A stretch of 64,000 nucleotides of DNA from Octopus vulgaris (GCA_951406725.2 OX597840.1:29512001-29576000), one strand, 5' to 3'; numbered from the stretch's first letter, positions 25,409 to 39,589 are shown. Numbers and translations: made by a program. Notes: a model not told the origin generated them from the sequence alone.

Positions 25409-25655
25409 AAGTACATCTCCGTAATATATATATATACAAAGGTGTCTGTGTTTTCTTCACCACCACCAAACCCCCTCCACCACCACCATACCACCCTACC
25501 ATTATCAAACTGCTTGATTACTGGTATTGGTGTGCTTACGTCCGCATAACTTAGTGGTTTTGCAAAAGAGACTGATGGAGTAACCACCAGATTTAAAAAT
25601 CAAATTAAGAACTGGGGTTGATCTATCTAACTAATATACATCAATGTGCTGCCCC

Positions 25656-25958
25656 GTGGAGGCACATGGCCTAGTGGTTAGAGCAGCGGACTCGTGGTTG
25701 AGGGATTGTGGGTTCGAATCTCAGACAGGGTGATGTGTGTGTTTATGAGCGAAACACCTTAGCTCCACGTGGCTCCGACAGAAGGTAATGGCGAACTTCT
25801 GCTGACTCTTTCGCCACAACTTTCTCTCACTCTTTCCTCCTGCATCTTGCAGCTCACCTGTGACAGACCGGCATCCCATCCAGGTGGGGAACCTCTATGC
25901 CAAGGAAACCGGGAAACCGGCCCTTATGAGCCAGGCATGGCTCGAGAAGGAACAAACA
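25656..25958 (+). mobile_element. tRNA-derived SINE, family D
   Basis: tggcctagtggttagagcagcgg A box and gggttcgaatctc B box. Homologous to 58-360. Confidence 0.8.
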
Positions 25959-27128
25959 GTGTGGTGCCCCAGCATGGCCACAACCAAATGACTGAAACAA
26001 GAAAAAGTTAAAAGACACACACACACACACACATTTGATTGGCTGTTATCAGTTTCTGTATACTAAATTCACTCTGGAAGCTTTGGTGAATCCAGAGTTA
26101 TAAAGAAGACAGAAGACACTTTAACTTTACAGAAAGTGCCATGTTGAGTGAATGAACCAGAACTTCTTTGACTGAGAAACAAACTTCTCAAAGCACACAG
26201 CCATTCCTTCATTAAACAGAAACTGTTAGATATCAGCCGAACTCCAAGATCTTGATTTTTCACTAACAAAATGTCATTATCTTTTATGCTGATTATTTTC
26301 TCTCCTCTTTCTTTGAATGATATCTTTGGAGAATACTACCACAATACATAATAACATTATGTCCCAGAGTTTGGCTTGCCATCTTTCTCATACTTACCGG
26401 AATTTCTTGATATCGATTCCACTAATAAGATAAACTGGCAAGGTTGCTTCCAAGTGACGTTATCTTTATTCTTTCTCAAAACTTGACATGACAATGCAGA
26501 GTATGTTAATGTTATAACATTGATAATCACAGAATTTTGCATTACAGGTTTCCGTATCTATCATATAAGTTTTGGATGTTAACCATTGTTGCACTTGTCT
26601 AAAAGATGGCATCAAATTATTCCACTTTATTTAATCAGACATTTACGTGTCAAATTTGGAAAAAGAAATCTGTTCTACTTTACTGAGTTTTATATTAGTT
26701 TTCTTAAACATTGATATGGGTTGGATATATAAGCAAATTTAGTTATTGGCATGTGCACTCAGGCATGGTTTTGTTGGTTAAGATGTTTGCTTTGCAATCA
26801 TAAGATCCTAGAGTTGGTTCTACAGAAAGTTATCTTGGACAATTATCTTCATAGCATTGAACCAAATGTATTGTTAGAAGGAAACTTTGGTAAGTGGAAC
26901 CACAAGTATGTGTAAGTGGACTAAGTTGAATAAAAATGGTAATTTTTCAAATGAAACTATAAAATCTTTTAGCCATTTTGATACCTAAAAGCAGCTCTGG
27001 TTCTATCATCTAAAACACCCAGTTTTAAAATGATTTTAATTAAAAGTTTCCATCAGCATTTCACATTATTCCATGCCTCAAACACTAACTGAATAACGAC
27101 AAAGTTGTTTTATTAAATTCTTCATTAT

Positions 27129-27542
27129 GGCGCAGGAGTGGTTGCATGGTAAGTAGCTTGTTTAGCAACCACATGGTTCCGGGTTCAGTCCCACTGCGTG
27201 GCACCTTGGGCAAGTGTCTTCTGCTATAGCCTCGGGCTGACCAAAGCCTTGTGAGTGGATTTGGTAGACGGAAACTGAAAGAAGCCCGTCATATATATAT
27301 ATACATATATATATGCGTGTGTGTGTTTGTGTGTCTGTGTTTGTCCCCCTAGCATTGCTTGACAACCGACGCTGGTGTGTTTATGTCCCCATTACTTAGT
27401 GGTTCGGCAAAAAGAGACCGATAGAATAAGTACTGGGCTTACAAAAGAATAAGTCCCAGGGTCGAGTTGCTTGATTAAAGGCTGTGCTCCAGCATGGCCA
27501 CAGTCAAATGAGTGAAACAAGTAAAAGAGAAAAGAGAAAGAG
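27129..27542 (+). mobile_element. SINE family A, full length
   Basis: ggcgcaggagtgg head through the gtaaaagaga tail. Confidence 0.92.
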
Positions 27543-28064
27543 ATTATTATTCAACCAAATATTCTACATTGTTTTATGTTCAAACTGATCAGAACCAGCC
27601 TCTCACACCTACCCAACAATGTCATTCTAAAAGTAAAGAAATACATCATTAAAGTCTCAGTTACAAGACAATGTATGATTAATTAAAAATAATGGGAATA
27701 ATTAAGCATTACATTTGACAATAATCTGAGTGTTAAAGGGTGAAAACCATTTGAATCATGGCAGTGTTTTTGTAACATAAAGACACTAACAAAAGGTCTT
27801 TCCATTTAAAGTAAGCATTTAGCAGTTCATAGATATTAGATTTCACAATTAATAAATGAATAGAAGATAATCTTATTTATGAAAATATAAATCTGGGGAA
27901 AAAAAATGTTAAACTTAAACAGATTATTTTTTGTTTCACTTTTATCTTCCTGGTTCTGTGATATAAGCTTTTCAGTCTGAAGTGATCTTAATCAAACTTT
28001 CCATCTAAATTCCATGCTAATTCATATTCCAAACACCAGCTTAATAGTGACAAATTTAGCCATA

Positions 28065-28488
28065 CTCTTTTACTCTTTTACTCTTTTACTTGTTTCAGTC
28101 ATTTGACTGCGGCCATGCTGGAGCACCGCCTTTTAGTTGAGCAACTCGACCGCGGGACTTATTCTTTTTTGTAAGCCCAGTACTTATTCTATCGGTCACT
28201 TTTTGCTGAACCGCTAAGTAACGGGGACATAAACACACCAACATCGGTTGTCAAGCAATGCTAGGGGGACAAACACAGACGGACAAACACAGACACACAT
28301 ACCCATATATATATATACATATATACGACAGGCTTCTTTCAGTTTCCGTCTACCAAATCCACTCACAAGGCTTTGGTCGGCCCGAGGCTATAGTAGAAGA
28401 CACTTGCCCAAGGTGCCACACAGTGGGACTGAACCCGGAACCATGTGGTTGGTAAACAAGCTACTTACCACACAGCCACTCCTGCGCC
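28065..28488 (-). mobile_element. SINE family A, full length
   Basis: As above, reverse strand. Confidence 0.92.
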
Positions 28489-29044
28489 TGTTGAAGTTGC
28501 TTTCATCTCTTATAGAGATTTTCGAACAAGCTTCTTTGCTTGTTGCAAGATCAGTGACATGTTGTCGCTTGGTTTTCTATATACTATGAGTTACAATGTA
28601 CTGCTGCTATTTCTAGTGGATGAGTAGGAAGGCAAGGTTTGTTTTTACTGTACGGTTGTAGTACTGAAAGAGTGTGTCTGGAGGACTAGAATGGAAGGTT
28701 CTGTGACTAAGGTTCTATGACAGGGTCCTTCATCTCTGGTCCCGGTTCGCTGTCTTACTTCAGATACCATCTGAAGAGCAAGATGGGGTTGGAGAGGAAG
28801 ACCCTGCCACCAAATGAATACGAGAAACGATGGCAGGATGTGAAGAGAAAGGTGGGTGTCAGTAACCCAGTTTAATCATTGATGAAAGGAAAAGATAGTT
28901 GCTGGGCCTTATAGGCTGCCGGGTTTGATCTTTTGAACTTTTCTCCATTTCCTTTCTTAATTTTCTTTTTTTTTTAAAGAAGTTCTAGTTTAAGGTAAAA
29001 ATTAATCGTTATATAAAATATTTTTAAAGTTAATTTTTAACATA

Positions 29045-29455
29045 GGTGCAGGAGTGGCTGTGTGGTAAGTAGCTTGTTTACCAACCACATGGTTCCTGGT
29101 TCATTCACACTGCGTGAAACCTTGGGCAAGCGTCTTGTACTATAGCCTCAGGCCGACCAAACCTTGTGAGTGGATTTGGTAGACGGAAACTGAAAAGAAG
29201 CCCGTCCTATATATGTATATATATATATATGTGTGCGTGTATGTTTGTGTGTCTGTGTTTGTCCCCCTAGCATTGCTTGACAACCGATGCTGGTGAGTTT
29301 ATGTCCCCGTCACTTAGCGGTTCGGCAACAGAGACCGATAGAATAAGTACTGGGCTTACAAAGAATAAGACCCGGGATCGATTAGCTTGACTAAAGGCAG
29401 TGCTCCAGCATGGCCGCAGTCAAATGACTGAAACAAGTAAAAGAGTAAAAAGAGA
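29045..29455 (+). mobile_element. SINE family A, full length
   Basis: As above. Confidence 0.92.
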
Positions 29456-29797
29456 GAGAGAGAGAGTATAATGCTCATTTGAACTCATTTAACATTTTTG
29501 TAATTGTTTGACTTGTAATATCCTTTTCTATGTATGATCAGTTTGATCATAATAAAGATTTTATTTTATCTCTAGTGGATGAGTATTCACCACTGAGGGT
29601 GAGCACAAACAACTGGAAACCATATGCTCTGGTGGTTCTGTCACTGGAAGGTAGCATGGGTTTTCTACCTTGCTTGCAATATATATCGGGTGCAGATTGC
29701 ATCGACTAACCAGCTGGACGTGGCATCCTGCTGGGGTCAAAATGGTAGTTACATCGGTTCCTACAGAACAGCCATGCTGGAATGGTGATAAACATTA

Positions 29798-30214
29798 CTC
29801 TTTTACTCTTTTACTTGTTTCAGTCATTTGACTATGGCCATGCTGGAGCACCGCATTTAGTCAAGTAAATCGACCCCAGGACTTATTCTTTGTAAGCCCA
29901 GTACTTATTCTATCAGTCTCTTTTGCCGGATCACTAAGTTACAGGGACGTAAACACACCAGCATCAGTTGTCAAGCGATGTTGGGTGGACAAACACAGAC
30001 ACACAAACATATACACACACACACATGCATATATATATATATACATATATACGACGGGCTTCTTTCAGTTTCCGTCTACAAAATCCACTCACAAAGCTTT
30101 GGTCGGCCCAAGGCTATAGTAGAAGACAGTTGCCCAAGGTGCCACACAGTGGAACTGGACCCGGAACCATGTGGTTGGTAAGCAAGCTACTTACCACACA
30201 GCCACTCCTACACC
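29798..30214 (-). mobile_element. SINE family A, full length
   Basis: As above. Confidence 0.92.
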
Positions 30215-30569
30215 TATGTACATAAATCCTTTATTATTTTCAAAAGTAATTGAGACAAAGACTGAAGAATTTCAACAAAAAGTATTCAAAGATAAAATGT
30301 TTGGCGTTGAAAATTCATTCTGCATCATATTTCCATTAAACTTTTCCTATGAGTGTGCACTGAAATTTGCATATGTGCAAGTTTTGTGTTTCTTTGCAAA
30401 TTTTGTGCATATTCATGCAATTAAGTAGCCAGTGTGAACATTTCATCAATTAATTAAAACAACAAATTTAATTTCATGAAGAATATTTTCCACGTTCCTT
30501 TTCTTATCTCTCCCCATTGTTCAACTTGTGTGCAAGCCATACTTTAGAGGGAATACGGTTTCTGTATCA

Positions 30570-31057
30570 ACACCACTGTCGACACCATCATCATCATCAT
30601 CATTGTCATCCTCATCGTCGTCATCGTCATCATCACCATCACCACCACCACCAACATCATCACCATCATCATAATTTTTATCATCATAATCATCATCACC
30701 ATAATCATCACCATTGTCGTCGTCATCATCATGTCATCAACATCATCGTCATCATCATCACCTACACCATCATCATCACCATCATCATTTTCATCATCAC
30801 CATAATCATCATCATTGTCGTCGTCGTCATCATCATTGTCATCAACATCATCATCACCATCACCATCATCATCATCATTAACATCATCATCATTTTCATC
30901 ATCATAATCATCATCACCATAATCATCATCATCGTCGTCGTCATCATCATCACCATTGTTATCACTGTTATTCTCATCCTCTTTGTCATCATTATCATCA
31001 TTGTTATTATTAACATTCATTTCCATGCTCATCATCATCATCATCATCATCATCATC
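30570..31057. repeat. degenerate (CAT)n tract, continuous with an RTE 3' tail (31030-31215, minus)
   Basis: (cat)n runs directly into cgtttaacgtccg. Confidence 0.9.
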
Positions 31058-31239
31058 GTTTAACGTCCGTTCTCCATGCTAGCATGGGTTGGACGGTTTG
31101 ACCGGTGCCTGGGAGGCCGGGAGGCTGAAACCAGGCTCCGGTCTGATCTGGCAGTGTTTCTGCAGCTGGATGCCCTTCCTAATGCCAACCACTCCGTGAG
31201 TGTAATGGGTGCTTGGGAACCTAGTCTTTTATCAACCCT

Positions 31240-31284
<45 letters not shown>

Positions 31285-31285
<1 letters not shown>

Positions 31286-32209
31286 GTTTAATAAACTATA
31301 AATCCTCTCCTCTGAAACAGTCCCGTTGGGCAGCAATACACCAGTGCCAGCATTCCGGCCACTTTTGGAATTTGGACTGGAAGTCGTTTTCTGTGAGTCA
31401 AGGACCTTCTGTGATTCATTCTGGATCTTGATAACTGTGTTAAAATGGTAACCTCTGAGCAACATTTTCCTCTTGGGGAAGAGATGGAAGTCTGCAGGTG
31501 CTGCATCTGGAGAATAGGGTGGAAGGTAGAAGCGATATCATGTTGCTTTTTGCCAGGAACTTATAAGTGAAGGAGGGATCAATGACAAGTTGCATAATTA
31601 TAAAGAATCCAATTTTAGACCCAGTGCCAATATATTTTAAAACTGGAGGTTTGGATGATAGAACCAGGGCTGCTTTTAGGTGAGTTGGTATCAAAATGGC
31701 TAATACAATTCTTCATGCTCCACAGATTCAGTTGCCAAACATCTTCTCTCAAATACTTTAAAATGCATTGATGTTCTGGCTGTGGAAGACAAATTCTCAA
31801 TGCACAATACCACATATCTGGGGGTAACACTGTTGGCAGGTCTTCCGGATCACTCATTACCTTCCTCAGGGTCATTCTTACTCTTCTGAAGCGCCTATGC
31901 CACTCATAACATTGTGTATGATCCATTGTTTCATCGCCATAAGCTTGCAGAAGCATGCTCAATATCTCTGTAGTGGACTCCCAAGTTTAACACAAAATTT
32001 CACGTTGGCTCTCTGTTCCAACTTCCTGTCCATGCCAAAAATTGTGGACTACAGCACACATGTGATCACGTAAACACAAATTTCCCAATTTGCAATGCAA
32101 ACACAGCAATGTCACTCAGCACACTGCCTCATGAAGATCTCTGCTAGCTCTCACAGTGCACAGAACCACAGCTGTTGGTGTGCAACAGAAACTTTTTGAT
32201 ACTACCTTG
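31285..32209 (-). mobile_element. mariner-family DNA transposon remnant
   Basis: Terminal ta|caaggtagtatcaaaaagt; QRANVKFCVKLG...LLQAYGDETMDHTQCYEWHRRF; PPYSPDAAPADFHLFPK; WCIAAQRDCFRG C-terminus. Confidence 0.85.
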
Positions 32210-32238
32210 TATATGACACCAGCACTGGTGGTTTACAC

Positions 32239-32467
32239 GGCGAGCTAGCAGGAGTGATAGCACGTCGGGCGAAATGTGTAGCGGTATTTTGTCTGCCGTT
32301 ATGTTCTGAGTTCAAATTCCGCCGAGGTCGACTTTGCCTTTCATCCTTTCGGGGTCGATTAAATAAGTACCAGTTACGCATTGGGGTCGATGTAATCGAC
32401 TTAATCCGTTTGTCTGTCCTTGTTTGTCCTCTCTGTGTTTAGCCCCTTGTGGGTAGTAAAGAAACAG
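32239..32467 (+). mobile_element. SINE family B
   Basis: Family B head and body. Confidence 0.88.
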
Positions 32468-32841
32468 GCTTACACATGACACCAACACCAAAAGAGCTGC
32501 CAGGTAAATGGCAAGACAAGGCCCTCTCAGTTGGGTGAAGTAATATACGTGTAGTGATGCTACTGTCCAAGTTTCAGTGCACATGTGCAGAATGGGATTA
32601 CTTCCGGTTGGCCACCGGAAGTTTCCTCATGTGCATGCCCAGGAACTGCAACCTGAAGCGCCCCTGTTAATATTGGTCTTTTCTGGCAGAGCAGCTCTAG
32701 TGAACAGACGTGGCTACCCTTTCTCTCAGGGAACACCCTACGCACAGAGAAGCTCTCTCTTCGAAGCGGGAACGAACACTGTATCTTCTTGGCTCACACG
32801 AGTTATACATACATAAATGCACTCATATATGATTAATGATT

Positions 32842-33067
32842 GAGGCCGTTGCCAGCCTCGCCTGGCACCTGTGCAGGTGGCACGTAAAAAGCACCCACTA
32901 CACTCACAGAGTGGTTGGCGTTAGGAAGGGCATCCAGCTGTAGAAACACTGCCAGATCAGACTGGATCCTGGTGCAGCCTTCTGGTTTCCCAGATCCCCG
33001 GTCGAACCGTCCAACCCATGCTAGCATGGAGAACGGACGTTAAACGATGATGATGATGATGATGATG
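32842..33067 (+). mobile_element. RTE LINE 3'UTR tail (family C)
   Basis: ggttggcgttaggaagggcatccagctg...ggacgttaaac(gat)n. Confidence 0.88.
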
Positions 33068-33666
33068 TCTGATGCCTTGCTGTACTCAAGAAGATCTGAC
33101 TACCACAGAAGAATTGATACTGGTGCTGGTTCCAGATAAAATGCACTTTTGCTGGTGCCACATTAAAAATACCGGTGCTGGTAATTCTCATATTGTTGCT
33201 TATCCATTTGGGAGGCTCTGGATTAATACGATGTGTAAAAGAAGATCACTAACATGTCTCATGAGGCTACCAATTTCTGTGGAATCATTTGTGCCCATAA
33301 TCACATTAAATGGTGTTTTAGATAATTTGTTTATCCTGATTAATCAATCATATCTCAATATGCTCTTTTGTGATTAGCTATATCAGTAATTAATCTGACA
33401 ATATTTCGGTCGTTAATTTGTGATAGTCTTTAATGTCTGCTTAAATAACTGTGGAAGTGTTATTAGTTATTCCAAAGTGGTGAAAATGGTAGCTTCTGTC
33501 TATCCAAATTCACACACAGTACTTTGGTCAGTATGGTGCCATAGTAGAAGACACTTGCCCAAGGTGCCAAGCACCTTCACAAACTTTTCTCATGATCTTT
33601 AACTGTGAAATATGGTTTTATTTTAGGTATCAATGGCTTTGTTCTCACATCCATGCAAAATTTACA

Positions 33667-33837
33667 GGCACAGGAGTGGCTGTGTGGTAAGTAGCTTGCT
33701 AACCAACCACATGGTTCCGGGTTCAGTCCCACTGCATGGCATCTTGGGCAAGAGTCTTCTGCTATAGCCCCGAGCAGACCAATGCCTTGTGAGTGGATTT
33801 GGTAGGTGGAAACCGAAAGAAGCCCATCGTATATATG

Positions 33838-33913
<76 letters not shown>

Positions 33914-34120
33914 TGTGTCTGTGTTCGTCCCCCTAGCATTGCTTGACAACCGATGCTGGTGTGTTTATGTCCTCGTCACTTAGCGGTTCGGCAAAAGAGA
34001 CCGATAGAATAAGTACTGGGCTTACAAAAAAGAATAAGTCCCGGGGTCGATTTGCTCGACTAAAAGGTGGTGCTCCAGCATGGCCGCAGTCAAATGACTG
34101 AAACAAGTAAAAGAGTAAAA
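33667..34120 (+). mobile_element. SINE family A, full length
   Basis: Family A consensus. Confidence 0.92.
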
Positions 34121-34744
34121 CAGTAATCTGTTGACCTTGTTTGTTACTCTGGTTTAGTGAGTTAGCATTACATTTTATTACATATATTGGCCCTGGTTTA
34201 AACATCAATCTGGGTACTATATATAGTTACTGATTATTTTAGTTTTATCAGCTTGCATTTCTTAACCATTTCCTCTGCTTCACTAAACTACTAATATGAT
34301 TCTTTGTTTCTCTCAAATTACATTAATTCACACAAAAATGATATAAAAATCCCTTTCTACTCCCACTGCTATATCCTCTAACAATGTCTATTCCTCCCAT
34401 CCAAAATATCTAATCATATATAATTATATTACAATAACTTTTCATTCAGTCAATAGTAAAATGATAAGCTTTCGCTAAAACAAAACACTGAGATTTCTTG
34501 CATTAGAAACGCAAAAAAATAATTGTGTATTACTTGCCATTACATAACTATAGAACCAATTATGTATATATAAGTATGTGTTTACATACGTGTGTGTATG
34601 TGTGTCTGTGTGTGTGTGTATATATATATATACATATATGCACATATATATAACATACATATATATATTTATACATACATATATATGTGTATGTGTATGT
34701 GTGTATTCATATTTGTGTCTATCTGTCTATATCTATCTATTTAC

Positions 34745-35450
34745 CTATGTATGTACGTATGTATGTATGTATGTATGTGTGTGTGTATGTATGTATGTGT
34801 GTATGTGTGTATGTGAGTATGTATGTGTTTATGTATGTATGTATGTATATATGTGTGTGTGTATGTATGTATGTATGTATGTATGTATGTATGTATGTAT
34901 GTATGTATGTATGTATGTATATATGTGTGTGTGTATGTATGTATGTATGTATGTATGTATGAATGTATGTATGTATGTATGTATATATGTGTGTGTATGT
35001 ATGTATGTATGAATGTATGTATGTATGTGTGTGTGTGTATGTATGTATGTATGTATGTATGTATGTATGTATGTATGTATGTGTGTATGTATGTATGTAT
35101 GTATGTATGTATGTATGTATGTATGTATATATGTGTGTGTATGTATGTATGTATGTATGTATGTATGTATGTATGTATATATGTGTGTGTGTATGTATGT
35201 ATGTATGTATGTATGTATGTATGTATGTATGTATGTATGTATGTATGTATGTATGTATGTATGTATGTATATATGTGTGTATGTATGTATGTATGTATGT
35301 ATGTATGTATGTATGTGTGTGTATGTATGTATGTATATATGTGTGTGTATGTATGTATGTATGAATGTATGTATGTATGTATGTGTGTGTATGTATGTAT
35401 GTATGTATACATGTATGTATGTATGTATATGTGTGTATGTATGTATGCAT
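34745..35450. repeat. (TATG)n microsatellite
   Basis: Direct inspection. Confidence 0.97.
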
Positions 35451-35469
35451 GAATGCATTCACAGTTGTA

Positions 35470-35880
35470 CTCTTTACTCTCTCTTTTACTCTTTTACTTG
35501 TTTCAGTCATTTGACTGCGGCCATGCTGGAGCACCGCCTTTAGTCGAGCAAATCGACCCCAGGACTTATTCTTTGTAAGCCTAGTACTTATTCTATCGGT
35601 CACTTTTTGTCGGACCGCTAAGTGACGGGGACGTAAACACACCAGCATCGGTTGTCAAGCAATGCTAGGGGGACACACACAGACACACAAACACACATAT
35701 ATATATATACATATATACGACAGGCTTCTTTCAGTTTCCGTCTACCAAATCCACTCACAAGGCATTGGTCGGCCCGGGGCTATAGCAGAAGACACTTGCC
35801 CGAGATGCCACGCAGTGGGACTGAATCCGGAACCATGTGGTTGGTTAGCAAGCTACTTACCACACAGCCACTCCTGCGCC
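35470..35880 (-). mobile_element. SINE family A, full length
   Basis: Family A consensus. Confidence 0.92.
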
Positions 35881-35988
35881 TATTGTGTTTTGATAAACTG
35901 GTTTATTTCCTTATTCTTAAATATTTTATATGATTAAAGTCAACTAAGTGCATATATGCACACATACATGTGTATACATGTGTGTGTA

Positions 35989-36074
<86 letters not shown>

Positions 36075-36314
36075 TGGCATGTAATTTGAAATAGCACACT
36101 CAGACACACATATGCACATGCACACACTGTCACATACACACATGTATATATATATATATATATATATTCACACATACAATCATGCACACATCACTTGCAT
36201 TGTTTTTAAAGAATAACATAATTAGCAAAATCAGACTACGTGTTCATTAAATTATCCCTCTGTTGATTAAATCATCACTCAGTCTAACAGTTCCCTCATA
36301 TATAGACACACATG

Positions 36315-36370
<56 letters not shown>

Positions 36371-36773
36371 TATATACATACATGCATATATATATATATA
36401 TACATATGATATATGTGTGTATGTATCTATATTTATATCTATCCACATGTATATATACATATATTATATATCATATATATATACATATATAGTTCATATG
36501 TGCATATATAAGCATATATACACCCACATACATATAAACATGTACATGCATTACATATAAATGTAAAACTATATATACATATACACTGCTACATACACAT
36601 ATATGTGCATATGTATGTGTGTATGTGTGTATACATGAATTTGAAATGTGTCTGCATCTGAATTGAATAAACATACCAACATTTATTTAAACTAGCTATT
36701 GTTTAAAAAAATATGTAATCACAATTAAAATTTTTTTCTTGATCAGGTAAGAAAAAAGCAACTACAAATGTGT

Positions 36774-36811
<38 letters not shown>

Positions 36812-36815
<4 letters not shown>

Positions 36816-37420
36816 TCATCATCATCATCATCATTTAGCGTCCGCTTTCCATGCTAGCATGGGTTGGACGGTTCAACTGGGGTCTGGGAAGCCAGAAGGC
36901 TGCATCAGGCCCAGTCTGATCTGGCAGTGTTTCTATGGCTGGATGCCCTTCCTAATGCCAACCACTCCGTGAGTGTAGTGGGTGCTTTTTACGTGCCGTG
37001 CCACCCGCACAGGTGCCAGACGGAGCTGGCAGACGGCCACGGACAGATGGTGCTTTTTACGTGCCAGGTGTGGCTGGCAACGGCCACGAACGGATGGTGC
37101 TTTTACGTGGCACCGGCACGGGGGCCAGGCGAGGCTGGTAACAGCCGTGAACGGATGATGCTACGTGCCACCGGCACGGGGGCCAGGCGAAGCTGGCAAC
37201 GGACATGAACAGATGATGCTACGTGCCACCGGCACGAGGCCAGGTGAGGCTGGCAACGGCCACAAACGGATGGTGCTTTTTACATGCCACTGGCACGGAG
37301 GCCAGTCAGCGCGGTGCTGGCTATGGCCACGATCGGATGGTTCGCTTACTTGTCACCGACACTGGTATCACAGCTGCAATTTCCATTGATGTTGAACGAC
37401 TTCGATTTTGGTTCTGCTTT
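36812..37420 (-). mobile_element. RTE LINE 3'UTR (family C) with internal tandem ~57-62-bp modules
   Basis: Repeated acgtgccaccggcacggggccaggcgaggctggcaacggccacgaacggatggtgc units. Confidence 0.85.
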
Positions 37421-37455
37421 CTGATATCTGATTTAATTTGGTTTGTTTTTGATTT

Positions 37456-37496
<41 letters not shown>

Positions 37497-37514
37497 TATA
37501 TATTATATATATTA

Positions 37515-37901
37515 CTCTTTTTACTATTTTACTTGTTTCAGTCATTTGACTGTGGCCATGCTGGAGCACTGCCTTTATTAAAAGCAAATCGACCCCAGGA
37601 CTTATTCTTTGTAAGCCTAGTACTTATTCTATCGGTCTCTTTTGCTGAACTGCTAAGTTATGGAGATGTAAACACACCAGCATCGGTTGTCAAGTGATGC
37701 TGGGAGGACAAACACAGACACACATACACACACATACATATATATATATACGACGGGCTTCTTTCAGTTTCCGTCTACCAAATCCACTCACAAGGCTTTG
37801 GTCAACCCGAGGCTATCGTAGAAGACACTTGCCCAGGGTGTAATGCAGTGGGACTGAACCATGTGGTTGGTAAACAAGCTACTTATCACACAGACACTCC
37901 T
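37515..37901 (-). mobile_element. SINE family A
   Basis: Family A consensus with a small deletion in the head. Confidence 0.9.
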
Positions 37902-37903
37902 AC

Positions 37904-37936
<33 letters not shown>

Positions 37937-37940
<4 letters not shown>

Positions 37941-38313
37941 CGCCTCGACTGGCTTCTGTGCCGGTGGCACATAAAAAGCACCATCCGAACGTGGCTGATG
38001 CCAGCGCTGCCTTGACTGGCTTCTGTGCCGGTGGCACATAAAAAGCACCATCCAAACGTGGCCGATGCCATTGCCGCCTTGGGTGGCTTCCGTGCCGGTG
38101 GCACGTTAAAAGCACCTGTGTAGGTGGCACGTAAAAAGCACCCACTACACTCGCGGAGTGGTTGGCATTAGGAAGGGCATCCAGCTGTAGAAACACTGCC
38201 AGATCAGACTGGAGCCTGGTGCAGCCCCTGGCTTCCCAGACTCCGGTCGAACCATCCAACCCGTGCTAGTGCGGAAAACGGACGTTAAACGATGATGATG
38301 ATAATGATGATGA
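37937..38313 (+). mobile_element. RTE LINE 3'UTR (family C) with tandem modules
   Basis: Three gactggcttctgtgccggtggcac..aaaagcacc units, then the conserved tail and (gat)n. Confidence 0.87.
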
Positions 38314-39589
38314 TATACATATATGTATATATATATTATATATATATATTATATATATATATATATGTATATATATATTATATATATGTGCATGTGTTTG
38401 GGTGTGTGTATATGTATATATATTGAAATTGTAACCTATTCTTTAATTATTTTGTCTTCTCTTATATCAACAAATGTTTTTAAGATCTCACACGTTTCAT
38501 ATAAGTTTTTGATTTCTGTGACATCTACCATGATTCTGTCAACAATGTCAGTCTAAGAAGCAAACTGTGGAGTATTCTTGTTATGTCATAAACCAAGACA
38601 GCTTGCTTTTTTTTTCTTTCTTGTGCTTTCTTTGCACTGTAGAGAATTTCTTAGAAAAGACAGAACTGCCAAATATGGAAATGTCATTCTGCAGTCAGAC
38701 TAAATTTGTTTCAACTCTTTCACTTTATCGATGTGTGCACATCAAATACATACATTCAAGCATATATACATACACGTTTATATATATATGCATTGATTGC
38801 AAAATCACAGGTGATATGTAACTAAATTCTGTTTTTAAATGACTCGCTTTGAAGTGTTGCATTCGGTACAATTTGTTTATTTTAGTAGTTTTGACTGCAA
38901 AAGTCCCTCCTAGCGTGTGGTGTCTATGAATAATAGTACCCTCTATATAATATAAATAAGTATTTTCAAAGTTGAAAACATTTACAGATTTTTTCTCTTA
39001 CGAGGTTTTTCACGCTAACTACTTGATAATTTCTTATAAAGATTTTATCCTATTTTTAAATATATATATATATATATATACATACATACACACACACATA
39101 TTTATAAATATATATACATATATATATATATATTCACAGACACTCAAGCACACATATATATGTATACATACACACACATCATCATCATCATCGTTTAACG
39201 TCTGCTTTCTATGCCAGCAGGGGTTGGACGATTTGACTGAGGGCTGGCAAACCAAATGGCTGCACCAGGCTCCAATCTTCATTTGGCAGAGTTTCTATAG
39301 CTGGATGCCCTTCCTAACACCAAACACTCCAAGAGTGTAGTGGGTGCCTTTTATGTGCCACCAGTACGGGGCTAGTCAGGCGGTACTGGCAATACACACA
39401 TCCATATATATACACACACACATACATATAAATATATACATATATATATATAGGTTTAAGAGACAGAATTACCCTCAAGCAACTCAATCATCATTGAATG
39501 ACATTATCCACAATAGGTACATATAGGACTAAATATTAAAATTATCAAAATTAATACCTTCAATTCTTATTTCAAATCATATACTTTAC

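Noticed and set aside
25656-25730. tRNA-like sequences (also 60318 and all SINE heads)
   Set aside because: A/B boxes run into SINE bodies; these are not tRNA genes.
29400-29455. SINE-A tail cagtc-aaat-gactGAAACaaGTAaaag resembles the 3' half of a hammerhead
   Set aside because: No CUGANGA or stem I partner in any copy; more likely a LINE-recognition stem-loop.
30517-31101. His-rich ORF resembling cephalopod His-rich proteins
   Set aside because: Degenerate (CAT)n continuous with an RTE tail; the frame drifts from His to Ile.
36224-36287. Minus-strand agact..tgatga..gaacacgtagtct
   Set aside because: Needs indels in both core strands; too degenerate to call.
36990-37330. Regularly spaced repeats suggestive of a CRISPR array
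   Set aside because: Whole units are homologous with no unique spacers; eukaryotic LINE 3'UTR, no cas genes.
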